Of a stretch of DNA of 64,000 bases, positions 1 through 12,857 are shown piece after piece. The notes under the pieces were generated by a model, which saw nothing but the letters and a program-made list of their open reading frames with translations, was not told where the DNA came from and did not search any database. Position 1 is the stretch's first letter; each line of letters begins with the position of its first letter. Origin of the DNA: Lobosporangium transversale (lineage: Eukaryota); assembly GCF_002105155.1 (NCBI RefSeq), contig NW_019029010.1:62001-126000 (forward strand), given 5' to 3'. The translations under genes were made by a program, and so were the position numbers.

Positions 1-312
1 TTCTTTATGTTCGTCAGCCCTCCGTATTTTCAGTCTTACTTCTCTATAAAGCGTAGAAATAGCACACATCTGTTTTTGCTTGGTCATAGCAGGGAGGTAT
101 CGGTCGATGGAGCAAATGCTCTTGAGGAAGAGAACAGATCCAACTTTATCATAGGCGTTTTTGAGCTTCTCCTCTCCAATAATCGGCCTCTGCTTGAAGT
201 CGAGCCAAGCACGGGTTCATCCTTATCTTCAACTTAATAAATATCATTCTGAGGTACATGTCTTCCCGAAGGAATAGCATACAAGGATATTCAACCATAC
301 CAGCACGTACAA

Positions 313-3194
313 ATCGGAAAAAAGATCAAGACAAGGGCTGCAGATACAATTTTACCCATGTTGGAGACATTCTTTGTGTACTTACAATAACGCAGCATGC
401 TGTTACACAGTGTCCTCTTTCATTTTGAGAAAACAGGAAATCTGCATAACATTTGTAAACATGTCTTTGATTCCGCTCTTCTGCATATCTGCTCGTATAG
501 CATTAACAGCTTGGGATTGCTGCATTATAGAAGTGTCATGGAGATTCAGTGACACAACAATTGTACTGGAAACAATGATCTAATTGTCATACCTCTATGT
601 TTGTTGAGCTGCTCAATCATCTCATATATATTATTCCGTAAGGAATTAAAAGTAAAGGCAAGTGATTCGAGCGATAAACGTAATCCTTGTTGGTTTGCCT
701 CTAATTCTTTGATTAGCATCCAACAATCCTCTTTATCAGCCAATGTTAGTATATACATCTACAGTATATTATAATAATAAATGTGTTCGGTTCGGTTAGT
801 ATAAGAGACCAACTTAATTAAACAATGAGCGTAAACCAGATTTGGCTATAACACATGTCGAGGCTATGGCACGCTGGCTTCTATCCTTGCCACCTTCTAG
901 GCTTCTCTAGTTGCTCATGCCTGTAATCAACGCGTATCCTCCATAATGCTTTTATTTGGTTTTATGCGGCCTCCGGAAACATGGCCTTTACTTGCTTTAT
1001 TTGTGCCAAAGCATTGTCTGTTGATGGAAGTAAAAGATACACATCTATGAAGAAATCTGTCTGACCCATACCATTCTAACGGAAAAACAATAAGAGCTGT
1101 AGCAGGAATAGGGATGCAAATTGATGGGAGGATGAGGACGAGGCGAGAGTGAGCAGGGCGAGGGCAAAGAAATGGTTTAGTTGTAAATAATAACAGTAAT
1201 GAGACTGTGCTATTGGTTGAATACGAAAATTTCCCTTGCTTGTCACGACTTTAAGGTTTGGGCTGTTGCATGTTTAAATGTGTCTTCGGGCCCTCGAACA
1301 TATTTTGGTCTTTATTCTTCTGATAGGACGAATGCTTTGCAGATTATCTGATTTCATTTTAATGGAACGGTGGAATGGTAATACACACAAAATATAGAAT
1401 TTACACAAAAGACGACTGTACACAGTAAGATTTATACCGTGCAACATTGGTCTTACTATTCTACATGACCGGTGTGAGCATATTTAGTCCTGTACTCTGT
1501 ACGCAATACTTTCGGAAGATATGACTTTCAGAATGATTAGAATTAGGTTCAAGTCAAGTGAAGGTCATTTTGTTTGTCTTTCAAGCATGTAAAAGGCATC
1601 CGCCATCATTGAGCATACTTTAACCACATGTACAAAATGTGTCTACGATATGACGATATAATAATCATAATAGCAATAATAGCAGTAAACAAGAAAAGTA
1701 TTGAATATTCTCCAAAGTATGTCTATCCGTACCGCAAGCCATTGCTCTAGAAGTGGGTTTGGTTAATGGTTGCAGTTTACCGCTTCTATTTATTATATCA
1801 TTTCTATATATCTATCCTTGCTTGGCAAGCTGTCTTCTATAAACGAGTAGGGAATAGCTTGAAGGAGCTTTCTAGCAGTTGTGGTAGGTGGCACGGACAG
1901 AGCTGAGGTGGTCATTGTTGGTACCGCTCTCGCTTGGGAGGATACCCTTGAAGAGACGGACGGATCCAACTCTGCCACCGACGTTGTTGAGCTTGCCCCA
2001 CTTGTTGATCTGGCCTTGCTTGGTGGTGAAGCCAGCACGAGTCCATCTGCCACCGCAGTTGCCAGTCTCGTAGAAGGTCAAGGTAATGCCAGAAGCATAG
2101 GGGTCCTCGTGGTGGTACTCGGCAGACTTGGCGCCATAGAGGTCGGTGACGCTGTAGCACTGGTCGTACTTGGTGATCTCGGTGTACTTGCAGGTGCCGG
2201 AGAAGTTCTCACCAGAGTAGAGGTAGACCTTGCTGTTGGCAGCTTCGATGGTGGCAGCAAGAGCCAAAGCAGCAGTGGTGGCGAGGATAGAGAACTTCAT
2301 GATGTTTAAGTTGTTGTTGTTTTTTTTTTGAGAGTGAGAATTGGAGCTGAGATCAGTATCGTTCAAAAGGGGATTCATCTTCCTTTATATACCTTTTTTT
2401 TCCCTTCATATAGAGGATAAATGTCAATGGTCCACATGAATGCATTTAGTGACTGGATGGTGGTTTGAACGCCCTACGCCTTTATTTGGAGCATCTTTGG
2501 ATGTATTATGCTAAATGATGTATTCCTTTTAGTAAGGTTTCCTCGTTCACCATCCTCACTTGCCCTCCTCTAATGGTACAAAAGTCGAGCCAAAACTTTA
2601 AGGCTTTCTTTGGGAATGACTAGAACCCTCCTCCAGCACAACAGCCTTCATGTACGCACTGCACCGGGAAAAAAAAGTTAAATGAGTGATATATATATCC
2701 ATATAAAGCCATACATTTATAAACGTGGAATATAGACATATAGTCGCTCGATAGAGAAGTGAGGCTGGTGATACAGACGATAATGAACAAGAGCATGTTA
2801 AAAAAGAATACAATTATATTCTTCATTATTGAAACACTGTGTTGTACAAGGTCTAACAGTTCCAACGTGTCTGTTACAGGTACACAATAGGAGAGAGCTA
2901 TAACTGGGTCTCTCTATTTGTTTCTCCGATCTCTTGAAAGAAAAGACAATAGCAACATCGAGTTCCAGACGAGATGTCTAGATCAATTGTGTCTCTACCC
3001 CACTATCGCATATTCAGGCTGACTAATGAAGAATAAGCAGTGCTCTTGCAACACGAGTGTCTTGGCTCCTCAGGCCATGTCGCGTACAATATATATCATC
3101 CACCCAGCCATCACTGAAAAGCCTGTACAATAAGAAGAATCGAAGAATCTCAGTTTCTTCCCGATTGGATGAATGTCGTTGAGAACACTTAGAA
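313..3194. repeat. Left outer arm of palindrome 1 (inverted repeat of 9127..12008)
   Basis: Position x pairs with 12321-x at every point checked (313/12008, 1872/10449, 2300/10021, 3181/9140). I saw only a few mismatches, near the inner end. Confidence 0.95.
1872..2300 (-). CDS. Secreted beta/gamma-crystallin-like protein, family A copy 1 (142 aa)
   Basis: Signal peptide MKFSILATTAALALAATIEA. Greek-key-like motifs VYLYSGENFSG...AKSA and LTFYETGNCGG...RVGSVRL. 4 Cys, strongly C-ending codons, upstream TATATAAA. Confidence 0.9.
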   Translation of the reverse strand: MKFSILATTAALALAATIEAANSKVYLYSGENFSGTCKYTEITKYDQCYSVTDLYGAKSAEYHHEDPYASGITLTFYETGNCGGRWTRAGFTTKQGQINKWGKLNNVGGRVGSVRLFKGILPSESGTNNDHLSSVRATYHNC

Positions 3195-4390
3195 CATTGA
3201 GAATATTGAGGCCGAGCAAGATGACACAAGGTGAGGGCGAGGGCAAGGAGGGAAAAGAGAGAGGAGAGTATAGAAGTGCTCTCAATACGCTTGATAATTC
3301 TCATGTCGCAAAGAATCTTTTCTGAACACAGAGTTCAATATGCTTTAACAACGTGCTTTAATAGCATGCTTTTTCTCTACATCCCTTTAGTAACGGCTTA
3401 GAAGACACTCACTCGCTTACGTTGTCGGTGAATGGGCCACAAACGAGAGGAAGAGCGACTGTAGTATGGGGAAATGAAGCGAAAAGTTGTTCTTGTCTGG
3501 GTTGTATCCCAGTGAATCCTAATGGAGACAGCCGTGTACAGTACATGCATACGCACGTCGACAGTGCCTCTCTATGTTTACTTGCACTCGATTTACACAA
3601 TCCTCTGTATGTCGGTAAGTGTGCACTGCTAGCACTATCACTTAACACGTACTATCAGCTACAGCAAGCGTAGCAAGGTGTAAAGGCTCGTAGGTTTCCA
3701 CAAGGACCCTTTTCATAGCAAAGAGTGAAAAGACCGATTGGCGTTTATTTCAATTGAGTCTAGAACAAGTGCAAGTGTATCTCAAAATAATAGAAAGAGG
3801 GATAACCATTAGTTAGTGGAATGTAATCACTCTCTATATTACACAAATAAGACACTTTTCTCTTTAATACTGTTGCACATGATATTTTACAAGTATGTGT
3901 TTTCTGTGGGGAGCCTAGATTGTGGGCTTTTGTCTGGTAACGGTCAAGAGACGGAATGGCCAAGAGGGCGAGGGAGGGGAAAATCCTTTTCCTGTTTCTA
4001 AATAGATCCAGATTTGCACTAATTGTGTCGACAGCTCGATCAGACAAAGTAGACAGACAGACAAGGGGGTAAATGAGGAGAACCTAATACATATACCACG
4101 CTACTACATAAGAAGAGAACACTGCTTGCAATTAGTGCTTGGCTTGCGCACAATCCTTTTCTGTTATTTATTTTTTTTTTTTTAGACAGGGTCCGGGCAA
4201 ACACAGTCATTAAATTATTTAAATTTTACATCTCATGCACAATGTAGGCTGTTGCCTTACAGGCGGGAAATCCCTCAGCCCCAGGGATGGCCTTGAGGCC
4301 TTGGACAAACCGCTGTACATGCTGCTGTAGAAGGACAATGGAGGAAAGTGAACAGGAACATCTATCTCCGAATAAAAGGGAAAAAAAAGG

Positions 4391-4398
4391 TATATAAA
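4391..4398 (+). promoter_or_regulatory. TATA box of family A copy 2 (equivalent box before copies 1, 3, 4, 5)
   Basis: TATATAAA about 85 nt upstream of the ATG, conserved in all five copies. Confidence 0.6.
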
Positions 4399-4479
4399 GG
4401 AAGATTGAATCCTCCCTTTGAGCGATACTGATCTCAGCTCCAATTCTCACTCTCAAAAAACAACAACAACCCAAACACC

Positions 4480-4908
4480 ATGAAGTTCTCTATCCTCGCC
4501 ACCACTGCTGCTTTGGCTCTTGCTGCCACCATCGAAGCTGCCAACAGCAAGGTCTACCTCTACTCTGGTGAGAACTTCTCCGGCACCTGCAAGTACACCG
4601 AGATCACCAAGTACGACCAGTGCTACAGCGTCACCGACCTCTATGGCGCCAAGTCTGCCGAGTACCACCACGAGGACCCCTATGCTTCTGGCATTACCTT
4701 GACCTTCTACGAGACTGGCAACTGCGGTGGCAGATGGACTCGTGCTGGCTTCACCACCAAGCAAGGCCAGATCAACAAGTGGGGCAAGCTCAACAACGTC
4801 GGTGGCAGAGTTGGATCCGTCCGTCTCTTCAAGGGTATCCTCCCAAGCGAGAGCGGTACCAACAATGACCACCTCAGCTCTGTCCGTGCCACCTACCACA
4901 ACTGCTAG
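4480..4908 (+). CDS. Secreted beta/gamma-crystallin-like protein, family A copy 2
   Basis: Protein identical to copy 1; start context ACACCATG. Confidence 0.9.
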   Translation: MKFSILATTAALALAATIEAANSKVYLYSGENFSGTCKYTEITKYDQCYSVTDLYGAKSAEYHHEDPYASGITLTFYETGNCGGRWTRAGFTTKQGQINKWGKLNNVGGRVGSVRLFKGILPSESGTNNDHLSSVRATYHNC

Positions 4909-7621
4909 AAAGCTCCTTCAAGCTATTCTCTACTCGTTTATAGAAGACAACTTGCCAAGCAAGGATAGATATATAGAAATGATATAATAAAATAGAAGCG
5001 GTAAACTGCAACCATTAATCAAATCCACTTCCAGAGCGATGATTTGCGGCATAGACAGATATACTTTAGCAGATGGTTAAGCTATTTCCTGCTTTTTGTT
5101 ATCATTATTACCATTATTGCTATTGATCATTTTAGCACATTCCTTTCATGGGACGTAGACGCATTTTGTACATGTGCCTAAAGTATGCTCAGTGATCACA
5201 GCTGCCTTCTACATGCTCGAGTGACAAAGGGAGGATCTTTATTTAACCTGGACTAAGCTATGATCATCCTGAAAGTCATATTTTCCGAAAGTTGTGCACG
5301 TAGGACAGAACTTGCCTGCGCTCGCATGCCAACGGCCGCATACATACTATCCGTACCGGATCCATCCTCCATATACTAAATATAGAACTAATACTCTACT
5401 AAAAACAGTTTGCCCATTCATTTGAGGAAATCTGCGAAGCACGCGGATCAAGTGAGACGGGCATGTCAGAAAAAGGGCCTTAAAGACGTTTGGCTACTCA
5501 GCATTGCTAATATCTACTATGCTGAGCAACAAAGCGGGACAGCACTCGATCTCATCCATAAAATAGTGTTGACTGGTGAAGCCTTGCAAATGTTCATTGA
5601 TATAAAAGTCAATTCACCAGGTTCCTGAACGTGTATTTTTGTAATGTTCAAGCCTTGTATATTTTTGCTTTTATTCCTTCTTTTCCTCCATGTCAGATCA
5701 TGTGGTGGCAGTAAGCAGGGCTAACCAGATCAATGCTCCTCTTACCAAGGCCCAAGACAGTCAAACTAACGAGACATGTCCTGTTTTCAGGAACGGTTTG
5801 ATCCTACAAACAGGATACACTGGTGGCTAGGACTAAGATACTTTATTTCTTGTCCTGAACTTGAAAATAAAATTTTTTGTGCCCAAAAATGGTCGTAATT
5901 TGAAAAATTTAGAGTAGATTTTTACATGTATTTTGTACGCAAAATATTATAGATTACTTTTCTTTTTATCTGGCGTGGTATTCCTCAAAGCAACTCTGCT
6001 TTCAAGCAAAGAGGAGCCTTGCATGGAACGCATGTCCATTCTGGCCCTACTCCTTGCCTCACCTAAGACTCTTAATCCTGCAGTTTTCACATGCCATCCT
6101 GCTCTTAACATCCCTGCCATCACTTTCTTTGATTCTTATTGAGAAATGAAACCCTGATAGATGTCGACAAAGGCTTGGAGGAGAGTTTCTAGTAACGTAT
6201 AGGCCTTTTGATGCCTTGAGAGCACTCTCCGGGGACTCATCAGTGTCTAGGCTCGTCTTTGATTTGCTTTGCTCGATGGCAACTTGGGACTTGGATAATG
6301 ATAAAGTTGGTTTACAAGATTTAGGTGGAATTGGCGATGGTATGAAAGGGTAGAAAAGTGGCACTTTTATTGTTCTTCTCTCTCAGTATGATACCAAATG
6401 CCTCTGAAAGACATGAAGGACATAGCTTCAATTGAAATGAAATGGATTAACCATGAAAAAATAAGCTCGTAAGAATGTGCATACCGAATGAATCACCGTA
6501 ATGAAAGGTATTTCTCAGTGCACTCTCGTGATGCTAGAGCTCAAGTTCTTTTAACTTAACTTAAGGATGGGGGCTCTAAAGATGGGCCTGTTCCGCATCA
6601 TTCTGTGCCATTTCCCTTTGATCCGCTTATAGCGATCCTCTTTCGCCAAGCTATGGTAAGGGTGCGTTTGGCTAAAAAAGAGACTAAGGCAATAAAAATG
6701 AACTGAGTATAAATTAGACATGACTATCCCATATACCGAGGCTATGGTACACTGTCCATTTTCCCTATTGCCTATCCGCATACTACCCATATTTGCAGCC
6801 AACACGTAGCTTCCATTACTTTTTTGTATGTGTGCCCAGCAACATTTACTAATAGTTGTTTTAATTCTTCAGGAACAGGGGAAAATGAAGAGAGCATTCC
6901 AATTCATACCATATTAGTGGATAACAGGGGCTGTAGGAGAATAGAAGCAAGGTGGGAGCAAAGAGGACAAATGAATAACTCTGATTTATGGACGTGAAGT
7001 AGTTCTAATTGACGCAGGATTAAATATTCTTACATAAACATGTACATAAATATATATGATATACATCTATTTTACATGGCCTTCTTTCTGGCATGCATGC
7101 ATCCTGAATCTTGAAGGCAAATTACAGACAATGCACATATTTTGCAAGTTTCCTGATTTTTTGCATGCTGTGTAGTTGAGTATTTGTAAAATTTAGCACA
7201 CAAAATATGATTCTGACATGAGAAAAAGTATTGTGCGACCTTAATCTTGCCCGTCCTACATGCACAACTTTTGACTTTCAGGATGACCATAACTAGGTTC
7301 AGGCTAAGTAAAGATCCCCCACCTGTCACTCAAGCATGTAGAAGGCAGCTGTTATCATTGAGCATACTTTAACCACATGTACAAAATGTGTCTACGATAT
7401 CACGATATAATAATCATAATAGCAATAATAGCAGTAAACAAGAAAAGCATTGAATATTCTCCAAAGTATGTCTATCCGTACCGCAAGCCATTGCTCTAGA
7501 AGTGGGTTTGGTTAATGGTTGCAGTTTGCTGCTTCTATTTTATTATATCATTTCTATATATCTATCCTTGCTTGGCAAGTTGTCTTCTATAAACGAGTAG
7601 AGAATAGCTTGAAGGAGCTTT

Positions 7622-8050
7622 CTAGCAGTTGTGGTAGGTGGCACGGACAGAGCTGAGGTGGTCATTGTTGGTACCGCTCTCGCTTGGGAGGATACCCTTG
7701 AAGAGACGGACGGATCCAACTCTGCCACCGACGTTGTTGAGCTTGCCCCACTTGTTGATCTGGCCTTGCTTGGTGGTGAAGCCAGCACGAGTCCATCTGC
7801 CACCGCAGTTGCCAGTCTCGTAGAAGGTCAAGGTAATGCCAGAAGCATAGGGGTCCTCGTGGTGGTACTCGGCAGACTTGGCGCCATAGAGGTCGGTGAC
7901 GCTGTAGCACTGGTCGTACTTGGTGATCTCGGTGTACTTGCAGGTGCCGGAGAAGTTCTCACCAGAGTAGAGGTAGACCTTGCTGTTGGCAGCTTCGATG
8001 GTGGCAGCAAGAGCCAAAGCAGCAGTGGTGGCGAGGATAGAGAACTTCAT
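7622..8050 (-). CDS. Secreted beta/gamma-crystallin-like protein, family A copy 3
   Basis: Protein identical to copy 1. Confidence 0.9.
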   Translation of the reverse strand: MKFSILATTAALALAATIEAANSKVYLYSGENFSGTCKYTEITKYDQCYSVTDLYGAKSAEYHHEDPYASGITLTFYETGNCGGRWTRAGFTTKQGQINKWGKLNNVGGRVGSVRLFKGILPSESGTNNDHLSSVRATYHNC

Positions 8051-9126
8051 GGTGTTTGAGTTGTTGTTGTTTTTTTTTTGAGAGTGAGAATTGGAGCTGA
8101 GATCAGTATCGTTCAAAGGGGGATTCAATCTTCCTTTATATACCTTTTTTTCTTCTTTTCTCCTCTATTCTTTTCTCCGGATAGAGATTTTCCTATTTAC
8201 TTTCCTCCATTGTCCTTCTACAGCGACATGTACAGCGGTTTGTCCAAGGCCATCATTGGGGCTGAGGGATTTCCCGCCTGTAAGGCAACAGCCTACATTG
8301 TGCATGAGATGTAAAATTTAAAATTTAAGGTTCAGCTTGTCTAAAAAAAAAGAAAAGAGGGATGTGCGCAAGCATGGATGTTTTTCCACATGAGAAACTT
8401 TAAATCTTCTCAGAACCCTGCCGATGTGTACGAATTTATTTTCCAGTGCCACTAATTGCAAGTAAAGCAGTGACTTTTTCTTATGCAGCAGCATGGTATA
8501 TGTATTAAGTTCTCCTCATTTATCCTTGTCTGTTTGTCTACTTTGTCTGATCGAGCTGTCGACACAATTAGTGCAAATCTGGATCTATTTAGAAACAGGA
8601 AAAGGATTTTCCCCTCCCTCGCCCTCTTGGCCATTCCGTCTCTTGACCGTTACCAGACAAAAGCCCACAATCTAGGCTCCCCACAGAAAACACATACTTG
8701 TAAAATATCATGTGCAACAGTATTAAAGAGAAAAGTGTCTTATTTGTGTAATATAGTGAGTGATTACATTCCACTAACTAATGGTTGTCCCTCTTTCTAT
8801 TTTTTTGAGGTTTCTTGCACTTGCTCTAGACTCAGTTGAAAGAGAGGCACGTAGAAAAAAAGCATACTATTAAAGCACGTTATTAAAGCATATTGAACTC
8901 ATTCTTTGCAACATGAGGAATATCAAGCATATTGAGAGCACTTTCATATTCTCCTCTCTTCCCTCCTTGCCCTCGCCCTCACCTTGCTCGCCCTCAATAG
9001 CCGCGTTACTTTCTCGATTATGGTGTTCGCTTATGAATTTCTATTGGTTGGTATTCGTGCGATTATGTGACTGTTGCCTAAAAAAAGCGTAAATTTATCA
9101 CAAGCGAGAAAGGAACACGACTAATA

Positions 9127-12008
9127 TTCTAAGTGTTCTCAACAACATTCATCCAATCAGGAAGAAACTGAGATTCTTCGATTCTTCTTATTGTACAGGC
9201 TTTTCAGTGATGGCTGGGTGGATGATATATATTGTACGCGACATGGCCTGAGGAGCCAAGACACTCGTGTTGCAAGAGCACTGCTTATTCTTCATTAGTC
9301 AGCCTGAATATGCGATAGTGGGGTAGAGACACAATTGATCTAGACATCTCGTCTGGAACTCGATGTTGCTATTGTCTTTTCTTTCAAGAGATCGGAGAAA
9401 CAAATAGAGAGACCCAGTTATAGCTCTCTCCTATTGTGTACCTGTAACAGACACGTTGGAACTGTTAGACCTTGTACAACACAGTGTTTCAATAATGAAG
9501 AATATAATTGTATTCTTTTTTAACATGCTCTTGTTCATTATCGTCTGTATCACCAGCCTCACTTCTCTATCGAGCGACTATATGTCTATATTCCACGTTT
9601 ATAAATGTATGGCTTTATATGGATATATATATCACTCATTTAACTTTTTTTTCCCGGTGCAGTGCGTACATGAAGGCTGTTGTGCTGGAGGAGGGTTCTA
9701 GTCATTCCCAAAGAAAGCCTTAAAGTTTTGGCTCGACTTTTGTACCATTAGAGGAGGGCAAGTGAGGATGGTGAACGAGGAAACCTTACTAAAAGGAATA
9801 CATCATTTAGCATAATACATCCAAAGATGCTCCAAATAAAGGCGTAGGGCGTTCAAACCACCATCCAGTCACTAAATGCATTCATGTGGACCATTGACAT
9901 TTATCCTCTATATGAAGGGAAAAAAAAGGTATATAAAGGAAGATGAATCCCCTTTTGAACGATACTGATCTCAGCTCCAATTCTCACTCTCAAAAAAAAA
10001 ACAACAACAACTTAAACATCATGAAGTTCTCTATCCTCGCCACCACTGCTGCTTTGGCTCTTGCTGCCACCATCGAAGCTGCCAACAGCAAGGTCTACCT
10101 CTACTCTGGTGAGAACTTCTCCGGCACCTGCAAGTACACCGAGATCACCAAGTACGACCAGTGCTACAGCGTCACCGACCTCTATGGCGCCAAGTCTGCC
10201 GAGTACCACCACGAGGACCCCTATGCTTCTGGCATTACCTTGACCTTCTACGAGACTGGCAACTGCGGTGGCAGATGGACTCGTGCTGGCTTCACCACCA
10301 AGCAAGGCCAGATCAACAAGTGGGGCAAGCTCAACAACGTCGGTGGCAGAGTTGGATCCGTCCGTCTCTTCAAGGGTATCCTCCCAAGCGAGAGCGGTAC
10401 CAACAATGACCACCTCAGCTCTGTCCGTGCCACCTACCACAACTGCTAGAAAGCTCCTTCAAGCTATTCCCTACTCGTTTATAGAAGACAGCTTGCCAAG
10501 CAAGGATAGATATATAGAAATGATATAATAAATAGAAGCGGTAAACTGCAACCATTAACCAAACCCACTTCTAGAGCAATGGCTTGCGGTACGGATAGAC
10601 ATACTTTGGAGAATATTCAATACTTTTCTTGTTTACTGCTATTATTGCTATTATGATTATTATATCGTCATATCGTAGACACATTTTGTACATGTGGTTA
10701 AAGTATGCTCAATGATGGCGGATGCCTTTTACATGCTTGAAAGACAAACAAAATGACCTTCACTTGACTTGAACCTAATTCTAATCATTCTGAAAGTCAT
10801 ATCTTCCGAAAGTATTGCGTACAGAGTACAGGACTAAATATGCTCACACCGGTCATGTAGAATAGTAAGACCAATGTTGCACGGTATAAATCTTACTGTG
10901 TACAGTCGTCTTTTGTGTAAATTCTATATTTTGTGTGTATTACCATTCCACCGTTCCATTAAAATGAAATCAGATAATCTGCAAAGCATTCGTCCTATCA
11001 GAAGAATAAAGACCAAAATATGTTCGAGGGCCCGAAGACACATTTAAACATGCAACAGCCCAAACCTTAAAGTCGTGACAAGCAAGGGAAATTTTCGTAT
11101 TCAACCAATAGCACAGTCTCATTACTGTTATTATTTACAACTAAACCATTTCTTTGCCCTCGCCCTGCTCACTCTCGCCTCGTCCTCATCCTCCCATCAA
11201 TTTGCATCCCTATTCCTGCTACAGCTCTTATTGTTTTTCCGTTAGAATGGTATGGGTCAGACAGATTTCTTCATAGATGTGTATCTTTTACTTCCATCAA
11301 CAGACAATGCTTTGGCACAAATAAAGCAAGTAAAGGCCATGTTTCCGGAGGCCGCATAAAACCAAATAAAAGCATTATGGAGGATACGCGTTGATTACAG
11401 GCATGAGCAACTAGAGAAGCCTAGAAGGTGGCAAGGATAGAAGCCAGCGTGCCATAGCCTCGACATGTGTTATAGCCAAATCTGGTTTACGCTCATTGTT
11501 TAATTAAGTTGGTCTCTTATACTAACCGAACCGAACACATTTATTATTATAATATACTGTAGATGTATATACTAACATTGGCTGATAAAGAGGATTGTTG
11601 GATGCTAATCAAAGAATTAGAGGCAAACCAACAAGGATTACGTTTATCGCTCGAATCACTTGCCTTTACTTTTAATTCCTTACGGAATAATATATATGAG
11701 ATGATTGAGCAGCTCAACAAACATAGAGGTATGACAATTAGATCATTGTTTCCAGTACAATTGTTGTGTCACTGAATCTCCATGACACTTCTATAATGCA
11801 GCAATCCCAAGCTGTTAATGCTATACGAGCAGATATGCAGAAGAGCGGAATCAAAGACATGTTTACAAATGTTATGCAGATTTCCTGTTTTCTCAAAATG
11901 AAAGAGGACACTGTGTAACAGCATGCTGCGTTATTGTAAGTACACAAAGAATGTCTCCAACATGGGTAAAATTGTATCTGCAGCCCTTGTCTTGATCTTT
12001 TTTCCGAT
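9127..12008. repeat. Right outer arm of palindrome 1
   Basis: Reverse complement of 313..3194. Confidence 0.95.
10021..10449 (+). CDS. Secreted beta/gamma-crystallin-like protein, family A copy 4
   Basis: Protein identical to copy 1. Confidence 0.9.
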   Translation: MKFSILATTAALALAATIEAANSKVYLYSGENFSGTCKYTEITKYDQCYSVTDLYGAKSAEYHHEDPYASGITLTFYETGNCGGRWTRAGFTTKQGQINKWGKLNNVGGRVGSVRLFKGILPSESGTNNDHLSSVRATYHNC

Positions 12009-12428
12009 ATGCACGTGTTAGCATGGTCGAAATTTGTGCCACTTTCGAAAGATACATGTACGACTTTCAGAATGGTCGCGACTAATAGTGTCAAGTAAAC
12101 GCCCTTTCATTTGTCTTTTGAGTATGTTGAAGGCAGCTGTCATTATTGAGCATACTACAAGTGCATGTGCAAAACAGGTCTATAATCCGTGAGGAATATG
12201 TACTAAAATAATTACAATAGCAATAATAACAATAATAACAATAAACAGGAAAAGTATTGAACATTCTCTAAAGTATGTCTATCCGTACCGCAAGCCATTG
12301 CTCTAGAAGTGGGTTTGGTTAATGGTTGCAGTTTGCTGCTTCTATTTTATTATATCATTTCTATATATCTATCCTTGCTTGGCAAGTTGTCTTCTATAAA
12401 CGAGTAGAGAATAGCTTGAAGGAGCTTT

Positions 12429-12857
12429 CTAGCAGTTGTGGTAGGTGGCACGGACAGAGCTGAGGTGGTCATTGTTGGTACCGCTCTCGCTTGGGAGGAT
12501 ACCCTTGAAGAGACGGACGGATCCAACTCTGCCACCGACGTTGTTGAGCTTGCCCCACTTGTTGATCTGGCCTTGCTTGGTGGTGAAGCCAGCACGAGTC
12601 CATCTGCCACCGCAGTTGCCAGTCTCGTAGAAGGTCAAGGTAATGCCAGAAGCATAGGGGTCCTCGTGGTGGTACTCGGCAGACTTGGCGCCATAGAGGT
12701 CGGTGACGCTGTAGCACTGGTCGTACTTGGTGATCTCGGTGTACTTGCAGGTGCCGGAGAAGTTCTCACCAGAGTAGAGGTAGACCTTGCTGTTGGCAGC
12801 TTCGATGGTGGCAGCAAGAGCCAAAGCAGCAGTGGTGACGAGGATGGAGGACTTCAT
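12429..12857 (-). CDS. Secreted beta/gamma-crystallin-like protein, family A copy 5
   Basis: Mature protein identical; differs only in the signal peptide (MKSSILVT vs MKFSILAT). Confidence 0.9.
   Translation of the reverse strand: MKSSILVTTAALALAATIEAANSKVYLYSGENFSGTCKYTEITKYDQCYSVTDLYGAKSAEYHHEDPYASGITLTFYETGNCGGRWTRAGFTTKQGQINKWGKLNNVGGRVGSVRLFKGILPSESGTNNDHLSSVRATYHNC

Larger units (their letters stand above)
3750..5310. repeat. Left inner arm of palindrome 1 (diverged inverted repeat of ~7250..8840)
   Basis: 3760-4137 matches the reverse complement of 8450-8835; the copy-2 CDS mirrors the copy-3 CDS; 5200-5310 matches the reverse complement of 7250-7350. Confidence 0.85.

Noticed and set aside
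1..760. Short ORFs at the window start, mirrored at 11563-12094
   Set aside because: Many stops and no recognisable domain. It may be a decayed gene, but I cannot support a call.
1881..2309. 142-aa antisense ORF (MVGGTDRAEV...) and other overlapping ORFs on every family A copy
   Set aside because: Shadow ORFs caused by C-ending codon bias; non-ATG start; not preserved in paralog 6.
5310..7250. Spacer of palindrome 1 as a recombinase or transposase locus
   Set aside because: Only short ORFs with no catalytic motifs; no terminal repeats found.
9943..10020. 26-aa N-terminal extension giving the 168-aa ORFs
   Set aside because: The upstream ATG is a few nt from the TATA box, is absent in copies 2, 3 and 5, and would mask the signal peptide.
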